Assembly (NCBI RefSeq): GCF_963921235.1
Contig: NW_026948113.1
Span: forward strand, 248,001-312,000
Direction: 5' to 3'
DNA: 64,000 bases
From: Mobula hypostoma
Taxonomy: Eukaryota
A program made the position numbers and the translations under genes. The notes under the pieces were generated by a model. That model was not told the origin of the DNA. It was given only the letters and a program-made list of their open reading frames with translations, and ran no database searches. Shown one piece after another: positions 24,639 to 36,252 of this stretch (positions within the stretch are counted from its first letter, which is position 1; each line of letters begins with the position of its first letter).

Positions 24639-26168
24639 CTGTAAGTGAAGGCAGGAAAAAACACATAATTAGTGAACAGAAGAGATGAGAACGATGCATA
24701 GATATTAGTGGACTAAGTGACCAAAGTCTGTTGAAGTTTCCATACACCATCATGTCAACTGCAAGATCCTCTGCTAACGGAGCCGCTAACTAATAGCAAC
24801 GATCAACCAAATCATACGTGAATCCACAACTTGAGTATGTCCACAGTGGAAGGATGATCTGGGAGCCAGGGACCTAAAGCTTCCTGTCACCATTATCAAG
24901 TTGTGTCTCAAATTATTCACACGGTGCACCTCAAAGTACAATTTTTGGTATATGAAACTATGAGAGGCATCTAAGAGGCAGATAGAATCCTGTCTGGAAA
25001 TGTCAAATACACTGGTTGTCCTCTCCACTTGTGTGGTCTTTCATTGATTATGGCTATTGAATTTAATGAGTAGGTCTGTAAGAAAATGAATTTGAGGGTT
25101 GTATATAGTGACATATCTGTACTTTAATAATGAATTTACTTTGAAGTTTGAGGTGAAATTAGTCAGATTCTTCTGATTGTTGGCATGGACATGGTGAAAT
25201 GAAGAGCTACCTCCAGTGTTGAAGTGTTCTATTTGCTGAGTGCTGACAATTGGCTAAGTCAGACAGGTTTTGGAAAACATGCTCTGGACCTGTATCGAGA
25301 AAATTGTTGCATCGATACCGTATCCTACAGCCTGATTTCAGGGACTAGCATAGCTCCATTGTAAGACACTCAGCCAAATCACAGGTTAAGGGTTGAGGCT
25401 CATTTCAAACACATGACCACAGAAACTACACTGACATTTCATACAGTCTTGAGCAGAGTCACAGGTTTGGATTGTGGATGGGGCCTTAAATCCACTTCCC
25501 ATCATAAAAATTTTCACAGCTTCATTAAAAAAAAATTTCCTCTGGGTATCTTGGCCACCCTCCACATGGCCTTGTTAACATCTCATTTGAATTTGCTTTA
25601 TTTTAGGGGAGAAAAATGGTCAGTATATGTTAGTTATAGGTACGTTACATTATTGAACTTTAGGCCAGACACCTACACATGGTACCTGGAAATGAGGTCT
25701 AAGCAGGAATTCAGGTGACTATTTAAGGATTAAACGATACCTGGGAATTTTCCAGGGTAGAATCTAATTAAGTTTTGATATTAGGTGGAGAAGAACTTGT
25801 TATTAGAGCTTAATTGTGCATATTGGAGTAAAGAATGTATGCTTATATACAGTTCAGCTGCAAAAATCTGCTATTTTTATTAGATTAGGCAGTAGGTTTA
25901 TTATCTATCTCATCAATGATACTACCTGCACTCCCATAAAACTTACTAGGATCCCAGTTCCTTGGGATCCTCTAGAATTCACAGGTGCCCTGGGCCTCAA
26001 GTTCCTGTTGCACTTACTGTGTTCACCGAAAATGTATTGCAATACCATGTAACATACAAAAAAAAAGAACTTAAACTGCTTTGCGAATACGACAACTTTC
26101 AATTGTCAAGAAAACCTTGCAGTCCAACACCACCGAAGTCCTGAGTGTGTCAGATAATCGGAGACTTA

Positions 26169-26974
26169 TAGCGGATTCCGGTTAATCGGGGCCATCGGTT
26201 ATTCAGGACTGCAGCTTATTTGGGACAACTCTTTGAAAAACAAAATCAAATCAAGAAAATTGCTGGTAGTCCCCTGCCACTTAATTGGGACAGGAAACTG
26301 TTACAGAACAGTTTCTAACTAACATCAGTGGCATGCATGTCATGTTGCCTTCAGACACTACACTGTAGTTTTTAAATAGTAAGTGTAAGGGCATGTGTAG
26401 CACTTGTTCTGCTTACAAGGATGAGTGCCGGGAGGGAGATCAGTGGGAAGGGATGGGGGGGGGGGGGGGAGGGGAACGTATGACTGCAGTTTCAAGCATT
26501 CAGGCTTGAAGACACCAGAAATCGCCAGGAGTGAAAATGAAATGATTTCACTACTTTAACAAGTTAGAAACTACTAAGAATTTGAAGGTATTGACAATCA
26601 TCTTGAATGTTACAATGACAATGATGATTTGGAGGATGGCATCCTCGAAAACATTGTCTGAAGGCATCCATTATCTACACGAACTGTCTGCACTAATTTT
26701 GCTCATGTACAGTCAATCAAGAGAACATGTGCCATACACTAAGATTCACAATAACTATTAGGAACTAATACAGAGTTTTACAGTAGTTTTGGTAGTGTTC
26801 TAATTTGTTCTGTATTTCATTTAAATACATAATTTGTTACTCAGTTAAATGGTAGTTTGACTTTTTTAAATATCTTATTAAATATTTCCATGAAACTTCA
26901 GCTAATTGGTGCAATAGCTTAATTGGGCTAGAATGTACTGGTCCCAAAGTCTCCCAAGTAACGGGGATCCATTG
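26169..26974. mobile_element. Tigger/pogo-like non-autonomous DNA transposon in B2M intron 2
   Basis: TA-flanked imperfect TIRs tagcggattccggttaatcggg / cccaagtaacggggatccattg. Confidence 0.7.
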
Positions 26975-27009
26975 TAATATGATTGATGAGGATCACATGT
27001 TTTACTCAC

Positions 27010-27288
27010 CCAGTTTAACAGTTTTGTTAACGCCATTGTGCAGCACCCTGCAGGCATACTGCACTCCTTCCTTGGGAGAGATTTCAACATAACTGGTCAA
27101 TTTGAATTTCCAGTTTTGTTCAAAGCTGATGTCAGATTGTTTTGTGTTTGGTATCAGAAGACCATCCTGCAGCAATTCCAGCTTGATGTTGGGTGGGCTG
27201 AATTCCTTGGCATGACAAAGGAGAACGTTGTCTTCACCTGTCACGAGGGGTTTGTAGGTGTAGACGTTGACCTGTGGTGAACTTACAT
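27010..27288 (-). CDS. B2M: Beta-2-microglobulin exon 2 (C1-set Ig domain)
   Basis: Acceptor ...gtgtatctgcag|AT and donor CTG G|GTGAGT, 279 nt. Reads (N)VSSPQVNVYTYKPLVTGEDNVLLCHAKEFSPPNIKLELLQDGLLIPNTKQSDISFEQNWKFKLTSYVEISPKEGVQYACRVLHNGVNKTVKL. C25, P32, D53, F56, W60, F62, Y78, C80 and H84 fall at the same mature positions as in human beta2m. Confidence 0.97.
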
Positions 27289-27829
27289 CTGCAGATACAC
27301 AGGAGGGTCACAGTGAGTGCATGTAATAAAGTCCATTCAAATTCTGGTATCATTATGAGTCTCCTACACTAAAAATTCCATCACAAGCTTGCCCCTAGAA
27401 CATAGACTAGTGTAGCACAGAATAGGCTTTTCAGCTCACTATGTCTGGCCGACTATTATGCCAGTCCAACTAATCCATCTGTCTGCATATGCTCTCTACA
27501 CCTCCATTCTCTGCCTGTTCATGTGTCTGGCTAAATTTCTTTTAAACATTGCTGAACCTATTCCAGCATTCAGTTCCAGGCACGCACCACTCTCTCCTTT
27601 AAGAAAACTTGCACTGAATGTCTCCCTTAAACTTCCCCCATCTCACCTTAAACCTGTGCCCTCTAGTACTTGACAATTCCCCTGGAAAATTATTCTACCT
27701 GTTCTGTGTTCCTGCTCACGAGACAATCCGTCTGGGTGCTTCCCCTATATTTCATTTACGTATGAAAAACATTTCCAATAATTACTGTGCATTCTAACTC
27801 CTCTTTCCTAATCACATGTCCAATAGCAA

Positions 27830-28060
27830 CGTAACTTCATTGGACATGTGAATAGGAAAGAGGAGTTAGAATGCACGGTAATTATGGGAAGGATTGAAGG
27901 GAAGAAAGCAAGAGGAAGACAAAGACAAATGATGATGGAGACAGCAGCCAGAGAACTGGAAATGAATACCAATGATCCACTTGATCTGAAAAAGGAGTGT
28001 GTGGGCCATGGCAGTCAAAGCTGAAACTGGGCACGGCACATGATGATGATGATGATGATG
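27830..28060 (+). mobile_element. RTE LINE 3' end with (GAT)n tail
   Basis: IMGRIEGKKARGRQRQMM C-terminal RTE motif, then (gat)n. Confidence 0.75.
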
Positions 28061-28624
28061 AAAATCAGATATCACTGGCAACACCCAGTTTTTTCCCCAG
28101 ATAAAATGATATTCTTTTACAATAATTTTAGTCTTTCTGTTAAAGGCACTCCCACAATGCTGTTGGAGCAGACATTTCAGGATTTAGACTCATAATGAAG
28201 GCTAGGTGATATATTTCTTAATTTGGCTGATGTATGACAAGTCAGGAATCTATTGGTAATGCTTTTCCGCTGTCACTGTTGTCCTTCCTTGGTAATCGAT
28301 ATCACTGGTAATCATTGCAGCCATTATGCTTCCAACCTCTCCACATCCTGGTCAGAGAAATTAAAACATTCCCCAACCCCTTCTCCATCTAACTGTCCAG
28401 TGTCCAAATTCAATACATCATCTACTACCAGACATATTTCACCCCTCTTGCAGATTCCTGTCTCCTCGTTGAATCTCACGGCCCAAACTCATCCAACCAA
28501 CTGCCCTTCACAATACATCGTTCCACCATGAACCACGAACTACATGAAATGCAGCACTCACCCTCTCGCCCCTTTCCTTCTCACCAACTTGGGTATCAAA
28601 GGCTCCTTCCAAGTGAAGCTGATG

Positions 28625-29185
28625 TCTACCTGCACCATTTAACATGGTGTTGACCATGCTAAATTGATCAGTCCATCATGGGTAAAGCCCTCTCCTCCAC
28701 TGAGCACATCCACATGGAATGCTGTAGCAGTAACGTAGCATCCATCATCAGGGAACCCCACCATGCAGGTCATGCTCTCTTCTTGCTGCTGCCACCAGGA
28801 AGAAGGTACAGGGGCCTCAGGACTCACACCAGCAAATTCAGGATCAGTTATTACCCCTCAACCACTAGGCGCTTGAACCAGTGGGAATAACTTCACTTAA
28901 CTTCATTCACCCATCACTGAACTGTTCCCATAACCTATGCACTCACTTTCAAGGGCACGTCATCACACATTTTTGATGTTTGTTGCTTATTTTTTATCCT
29001 TTGAATTTGCACAGTTTGTTTTTTACACATTGCTTGTTTCCTACCCTTTTGGGTGCAATGTAGTCTTACACTGGTTCTATTATGGTTCTTGTACCTACTA
29101 AATATGCCTACAAGAAAACAAATCTCAGGGTTATATATGGTGACATATATGTACTTTGATAATAAATTTACCTTGAAACTTGAAC
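28625..29185 (+). mobile_element. Rex1-type LINE 3' fragment
   Basis: IIREPHHAGHALFLLLPPGRRYRGLRTHTSKFRISYYPST motif plus the family 3' UTR. Confidence 0.8.
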
Positions 29186-30191
29186 AACATGGTTTCCTCA
29201 ACAACCACTGCAGACTGAGTGGCCATTTTGCAGGACCGCTCTGTTCAGTTCACAAAAATAACCTTCAACTTCCTACATCTTGTAAATCTCCACAGCATTC
29301 TCACTCTGACTCTATGTCTTTACTTTTATATCAGTTTTCATCTGAATAGGTTATTCAATGTCAAATTCAACAATTTCAGATAGCCAGGCTTTCCAGTTTG
29401 TGTTAGACATTATCAATTTCAATGGAAGCAGGGACTGCTTGGTAGATTGGGCTGTATCTATGAGGAAGGAGGTATGGTTGGTGTTTCAGATCTGTGACTG
29501 CTCATGATTTTGATGTGGACCATTATGTTTCCTTCCTTTTGTAGATGAGGCCTGATCTGGATGTTTCTGACAGTTTCTGTTTATATTTCAGATTTCCAGT
29601 ATCTGCATTTTTTCACTTTTCATTCCCTGACCACTTCTGAAGACAGTATCCTTCTCTTTGGGCTCTCCAAATAGATTCCCTTATTTCGGATTTCCAGTAG
29701 ATGCTACATTTGGTATTGCACATTTCACAATGAAGAGTTTGTCTTTATTTCTTTCCTCAGCACCTTCTCCATTTTCACTTCCTCCTGTCAAATCAACATC
29801 CTTCTATCCTCTGCTAGTCTATTCCAACCTGTGGCATCCATTTACAATCTTCCATCCACCCCACTTCACCATATATGCCTGTTAACTAATTTTCCCCAAT
29901 TCAACTTACCAACCTGAAACTCAAACCTGTTTCTCTCTTTACAGGTGCCACCTGACCAACTAACTGATTCTAGTGTTTTCTAGTTTTGATTTAGACCACT
30001 GAAAGGGAACTATTTAGGCCAGAATACTAGGTGATGAGAGATTACTTTATCATGCACTCACCTGACCTACCATCCTCAGACACCTTACATAGTGCAGGTG
30101 CACTCGCTAAACAGAAGGTGGTAGTTTAAGGTTGCTTATGACTGTCTTCTCAAGATGGTGGGGGGGTGTAACAAACTCTGATTTATAGAGC

Positions 30192-30240
<49 letters not shown>
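30192..30240. repeat. (CA)n microsatellite in B2M intron 1
   Basis: About 24 uninterrupted CA units. Confidence 0.95.
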
Positions 30241-30242
<2 letters not shown>

Positions 30243-31608
30243 AATTCCAAGAATCAACAAATCAAAACTTTACAGCCACAGAAAAGCTTAACTCTTTAGG
30301 CTTAACTGTTTCAAGGGAAATCTAGTATAATACTATGTAATCTCTTTTTTTAAAAAAAAACTGAATTAAATGCACATTGAGGTATTAATGAAAAGACTAT
30401 CCAAAAGTCCAGAAAGTTTGATGGTCCAACCTGAGTGATATTCAGAGTTTTATCAGAATATTTATTCACTGTGCCAAGATCCTCACTCCCCCACTTAATG
30501 GAGTTGTTCGTATATTAGTCAGGGTCTGTCAGCCATGGAAGAGCCACACAAAAATCAAAAATATTGTAAAGTCATATACGAACAGCAGTTCAGGAGATAC
30601 AAAAAAAAGTAAAGTTGCTATGTGAAGAAAGATGAATTTAAAATCTGAAACTGAAATCTAAACAAGGCAGGCAAGTTTGAAGTTGTGGTGAATAAGCATC
30701 ACGAAGGCACACAAGATTACACACTGTGCCTAATGTGCAAGTGTGTGGTGGAACTGACGGGCATCCAGAATTGATTACCATAAAAATCAGTAGAGGAATG
30801 GGATTGCTCTGTGAGCTAGGACAGACTTGACAGGCAGAATGGCCGACTGATATGTTAGAAGGAAATAGGGAAATACGGACATTGTATGAACCTCTTGTGT
30901 ATCAATGTCAGATCATGGCAATGGATTCTGTTCACACTGCATTAAAGACACAATGATATACACACATACACATATACTGTACACAAATACATACAAAGTT
31001 AAATCAGTTTGCTGAAGGAATCTGTTTTAGGGATGGTTTCTTCATAACACTTAAGTGTGGAAATGCAATAAAAATGCTTGCCGAGTATTGCACAAACACC
31101 TACGGCCAACTGTGGAGAGTAATTATGACACACTGCTGCCTGATACAGTCCAAGGTTCAGTCAACTGGCACTTTGATAAGGACCTAGACTATGAGGGAAC
31201 TCTTTCAGAGAAAGGGCAGTGGGGCACTGGAACTACTTGAGAGCCTTCAAAAAGAGGAAAGACAATACAGACACTGCAGAGCTTTCAGTAAGAGGGTGAA
31301 GTGGCTTTGAAGTTAATAGAGAGAAACTAAATGTGAAGCACACCATTCAGCCCCTCCAGTCTGTTCTTCCATTCAACGACATTGCCTCTGGTCTTCTATC
31401 TTAACACCACCTTCTTAGACTAACCCCATATCTCTCAATTCCCTCAGTTCACCAGAATCTAGCAACCTGTTTTGAATGTACCAATGACTAAACCTCTACA
31501 GTTCTGGGGCAGAGAATTTCAAAGGCACACCAGCCACTGTGTGAAGATAATTCTCATGCACTCATGTAACTACACATTAGTTTGGAGAATGTGACTCTAG
31601 GTCTAGAC

Positions 31609-32411
31609 CAGGGGACCCCAACCTTTTTTGCACTGTGGCCCAGTTTAATATTGACAATATTCTTGCGGACCGGCCGACCGGGGGGGGCGGGGGTGGGGTG
31701 TTCAAGTAGGGTTAAACTCACCTCAACATGTCTTTTACAGTTAGGGTTGCCAACTTTCTCACTCCCAAATAAGGGACAAAAGTAGCAGTTGAATCCTGAC
31801 AAAGGGTCCCGGCCCGAAACGTCGACTGTACCTCTTCCCATAGATGCTGCCTGGCCTGCCGCATTCACCAGCATTTTTTGTGTGTGTTGACGAGACACTT
31901 GTGTTTACCCTGATAAAGACTACCATGACCATGAAGCCTTGCGCAGGCTCCTGTGTGTGCATATGTGACGTGCGCATGCGCGTACATGCCAATTTCCCCC
32001 CCCCCCACAAATCAGTTTTGGCTTAATCTTCCCGATTACATTGTACATACGTTATTTCTACTTTATATAGGCTGTGTATTTATCATATCATTCCTGCTTT
32101 TACTATATGCTAGTGTTATTTTAGGGTCTGGGAACAGTCAAAAACTTTTCCCCATATAAATTAATGGTAATTGCTTCTTCACTTCACACCATTTCGGCCC
32201 AAAAGGTTTCATAGGAATGCTCTACCTTAGCGGGGGAAATACGTGGACAAACCAATTTCGCCCAATATACGGGATGTCCCGGCAAATACAGGTGCAGTAT
32301 GTTCAAGTTGAACAGTGCGTGACAGGGAATGAGTAAAGGTGCAGCTGACTCATATCGTTTCCTCGCAGCTTGGTAGCACATGCTTTGCGGCCCGGTGGTT
32401 GTGGACCGCTG
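31609..32411. mobile_element. hAT (Charlie-like) non-autonomous element in B2M intron 1
   Basis: Perfect 8-bp TSD GTCTAGAC (31601-31608 and 32412-32419); TIRs CAGGGGACCCCAACC / CAGCGGTCCACAACC. Contains a nested Penelope-like piece at about 31793-31890. Confidence 0.9.
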
Positions 32412-34214
32412 GTCTAGACTCTTTAGCCAGTATAAACATCCTCCTGACATAAACACTGTCGAGCCCTTATACTTATAAAGCTTTGAGCACTCAATTACTT
32501 TTCAAATTACAGACCTTGCCACCACAGTAACCAATGAGGTGAATTGTTATTATACCTCAATATGTCCCTCCATAGCAAGCACATCCTTCCTTAAGAAAGC
32601 CACCAGATATTCCATTTATTCCTATTATTCCCTATGTGTTAGCCAACTCCAATCCATAGATGTTAATTATCCTCAATTCTATCTGTTCTAACTTGCTGCA
32701 TGGGACCTTACCCACCCACTGAATCCCCCTTATTTGACACATCCCAAGTAACACCAATAAAATTAGTTGAACAAGATTTTACTTTCTTCGATCTATGATG
32801 AGTCCAATTTGTCAAATTATTTTCTAAGTGTCTTGATATCACATACTTTACTGCAGAACTCACAATTTTCCCATGTTCCATTGTACTGTAAGTCTAACAG
32901 ATTGGTAGCTTCCAGTTGTTACTCTCCTTCTTTTCTAAATGGTGGGGTCATATTTGCTACACTCCAGTCTGCAAGGTCCATTTCAGAATCTACAGAATTT
33001 TGGAAGATGATAACCAGACTGTCATCATCCCTTCAAAGGTCCACTATGTAGATCATGGGATCTTTGGAAATTACCTGCTTTCAGGATCTACTTTTTAGTT
33101 CTATCCCTTTTACTCATATTTATTTCTTTTACTTTCTTGCAACTGACTGCCCTATCTCCCTTATTTGACTCCATGTTGCATCTTCCTTTGGTAATAGATT
33201 CCACCATATACTGACTGCCCTTTGTCACCTCCACCTATCACCTCCGAGCCTATCTACACTTTCCCTCCCCCAACTGACTTCAACTGCCAATCAAACTTTC
33301 CTCACCTGGATCCACCAATCGCTTGTCAGCTCTCAGCCCACTTCTTCATACTATCTCCCCTCTACTCATTTAGTCCAGATGAAGAGTCTTGGACCAAAAC
33401 ATCAGCTGCCTATTTCCCTCCCCAGCCCCCACCACGGAAGCTGCCTGATCTATTAAGTTCCTCCAGCAGCTCGATTTTTGCTATAAATTCTCCCAGCTCT
33501 CACTGTGCTCCACACATGCCCAGGCTAGTTTTCTTTTTTACACAACTATATAAGCTTTTACAGGATGTTACCCTATGTGCCTTTCTTTACCAATTTCTAG
33601 ATGAACTTTGTTTTGAATTCTAAAAGATTCTCAATCTTCAAGTTTGCCAACACAGAGATGAATCTCAAGCTTGTAAATAGTATACATACTTTGATGATAA
33701 ATGTACTTTGAACTTTCAGAATCAGGTTTATGATCACTGACTTATATATTGTGAAATTTGTATTACAATGCAAAGACATAAAACATTTACATAAATTACA
33801 AATAATTATGCTGTTTATCCCATAATCTATGATGGGTCCACTTCTTTGGTTAGTTCTATCTGCCTTGAAGAAATATTTTACAAGTGATGCACTTTTCCTT
33901 TAAATACAAGCCATGGCTCATTTGAGGTCATATCCTCCAACGGAGTTTCCCAATTAGTTCTGGCCAACCCTCCCCTCATAATTTTACAGTTGATTTTATT
34001 TGCATTAAAAACCCTGGTTTCAGTCTGAATCATACCACTTTCTAATTGCATGTAGTATTGCAGTTAAGGTATGTCCTCTGGGCCCCTTTACCAGAGTTTA
34101 TTAATTAACCCTTTCTTGCTGCACAGTACTGATTCCAAAACTATTTCCACTTGTTGGTTCCCAAACATATCCAGTCCTCTACACTTCACAAATTCATCCT
34201 TTTCACGGGGGCAA

Positions 34215-35560
34215 CAGGTCCAATAGGGAGAGAGGGGTTCCATCAGACATTAGATTAACTGGAAGCTCACTCTGTGAGGGGGAGGACATGGAACATTAAG
34301 TTTAATGGGGCCAGCTTTCAGGGAGAGGGCATGGTGCTTTGGACAACACTGCTTTCAAATACAATGCGCATGGGCATAGGGTCTAAAGTGACTGGGTAAG
34401 GGCTTTCCAAGATGAAGGGGGCACAGGACATTAATGGGAACACATTCAGAGGGGGGCAGAAGGTATTAATGGTGTGTCTTTCCAGAGGGGCAGTGCGCTA
34501 ATGGGGCAGGTATTCTGAGAGTTAAAGACATGGGTTTCTGGAGTAATGGGTGTCTCTTTCAGAAACAAAGGACACACGGACAGCAGAGGGAATGGGAAGT
34601 GCACGCGCCAGACATCGGGCACTGAGGTTGATGAGTAATTTGGGGCTCTTACAGAGAAAGTGCGGAAGCCCACTGCATCTAATAGAAGGAACAAGAGACC
34701 ACTCAGACCTTTGAATTTACTTTCCATCTCAACACTATTCATCCACATTCAGTTCTATGCTACAGCTCTTTTCCCCGATTCCCCCTAGCCCCAGGAACAG
34801 TTTCCAACTCCAGGGTCAGTGGGTCTCACTTACAAATGGGGCAAAAGTGGGGCACAGAGAATGGGGTTAACTGACAGGCCGTCAAGAAGGAAACAACAGC
34901 CGGGCATTCAGGATAATGGGAGGGATTCTTTCCAAAGGTGATGCAGGTTGAAGACATGGGGCAGATGGCCAGAGGTAGTGTTCTCTCCGGGAGAGAACAA
35001 ACGTCAGGTTTTAAGGTGATGGCAGGGCATGTGACACTGGAACAGGGATTCCTTCCAAAAAAGGAGCATGCATGGGATACTGGGACAAATAACATTTGAT
35101 GGGTCTGAGGGAGAGGGAAGTCTGGTTAAGTGTCTTTTGGAAAAGAGATCATGGGACATTGGGATTTAAGGGGTGTGGGGGCTCCTGCCCGGGGAATTAG
35201 CTCTAATCGGAGGGGGACACGAGGTATTGGTATTAATGAGGACAACTTCTTTTGAGAGAGGGTAAGGGTCATTAAGACCAGTGGGAAGGGCAGAGAGAGG
35301 GAATGGGACATTATGGAAAGGTGTTTCTCCAGAGGTGGAATTGAGCATTACACCCAGTGGGAAGGATTGCTTTCCAGAGCGCTGTGGGGGTATTGGGTGT
35401 AATGCGAAGCTCTCCTTTCAAGAGCGTCATGGGGCAATAGGGCTAATGGGTAAATCTTTCAGAGAGCAGAGAGGGGACGTGGGTGTAACAGGTTAGGTGG
35501 AGGACTCTTTGAGTCTTGGGGCATTAGCGTAAATGGGGAGGTCGCCTTTGATACGAAGAC
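34215..35560. repeat. Ancient degenerate G-rich tandem repeat in B2M intron 1
   Basis: Recurring taatggg...ctttc(c)agag...gggg motif at roughly 35-45 nt spacing. Confidence 0.55.
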
Positions 35561-35691
35561 TTAAGAATCCGGACCTAGGGTATTCTTTCAGTGAGCGGGC
35601 ACTGGAGTATAGGGCCAAATAGGACCCGAGAATTTTCCCAACCCTGCCTACTCCCTACAGACCCAAAACGACAAATTTACTCAGTGCTAGA

Positions 35692-35824
35692 GTAAGTCAG
35701 TAGGTCAGGTAGCATCTACGTAGAGGAATAAGTTGACGTTTCGGGCTGAGATCCTTCATCAATCTCGACCCGAAAGATAGACGGTTTATTCCTTTCCACA
35801 GACGCTGGCTGACCTGCTGAGTTC
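35692..35824. mobile_element. Penelope-like fold-back (imperfect arms of about 60 bp)
   Basis: gtcagtaggtcaggtagcatct...ttgacgtttcgggctgagat is inverted relative to atctcgacccgaaag...gctgacctgctgagttc. Confidence 0.65.
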
Positions 35825-35905
35825 TTCAGGCACTTAATGTATCAATATTTCAATCACTCAGTATTTCCAGCAGTTGCAAAATTTCGAGTTTATAAATTTA
35901 CTTAC

Positions 35906-35957
35906 TCGCCACACAAATCAACCCAAGAGAGAGCAGGATCAGAACACGTAGCATCAT
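35906..35957 (-). CDS. B2M: Beta-2-microglobulin exon 1 (signal peptide MMLRVLILLSLGLICVA plus the first base of the next codon)
   Basis: Minus strand reads ATG ATG CTA CGT GTT CTG ATC CTG CTC TCT CTT GGG TTG ATT TGT GTG GCG A|GTAAGT: a hydrophobic 17-aa leader and a perfect phase-1 donor that joins in frame to exon 2. It lies directly below a CpG-rich promoter. Confidence 0.92.
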
Positions 35958-36014
35958 TTTCGGACACACGGCACACACCAGCTACTAGAAAGGAATTCGC
36001 TTCTTGGTCTCCGC

Positions 36015-36252
36015 AACTGATCACTCGCGCTTGCACCCTCAGATTATGCGAAACAACCGGCCGCCCGGTACCAATAAGAAAACGGCACTCCGCCCTTTTG
36101 CCTCGGCACAACCAATGGTAATATTTAGAAAATACGCATCATCAGTCTCCGGGTGAAAGATCTCGGTAGAGTTTGCGGACCGGGAAACGAGGGCGGATCG
36201 TTCAGACGCGACCCTCGGCGATCTCTTAAGAAAATTTAAGAAGGAAAGTCAC
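36015..36252 (-). promoter_or_regulatory. B2M proximal promoter with X1/X2-Y module, GC boxes, CCAAT, TATA-like element, Inr and kB/ISRE-like site
   Basis: Sense strand: X1X2 CCCGGAGACTGATGATG (36137-36153); 20 nt later Y box ATTGG (36112-36116); GGGCGG at 36090-36095 and 36061-36066; second ATTGG at 36071-36075; CATAAT at 36043-36048, 30 nt before Inr TCAGTT (36015-36020); GTGACTTTCC at 36243-36252. CpG-rich. Confidence 0.8.

Noticed and set aside
25743-25753. NF-kB-like GGGAATTTTCC in B2M intron 2
   Set aside because: A single isolated short motif with no supporting cluster or CpG context.
26445-26475. Long G-run as a G-quadruplex element
   Set aside because: A simple homopolymer expansion inside a decayed Tigger-like element, like the run at 19187-19200.
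27002-27244. ORF-track boundaries for the beta2m domain (MTGEDN...KLGE)
   Set aside because: The GTG start is internal to exon 2 and the end reads into intron 2. Splice signals give 27010-27288 instead.
31793-31830. Active hammerhead at gaatcctgacaaagggtcccggcccgaaacgtcgactg
   Set aside because: The 3' half is consensus, but the core has G8 mutated to A (CUGACAA) and the 5' strand of stem I is damaged, so it is not called functional.
35902-36111. 69-aa minus-strand ORF over the B2M promoter
   Set aside because: It is a different frame from the true exon 1 and runs through promoter motifs and into the splice donor. No protein similarity is evident.
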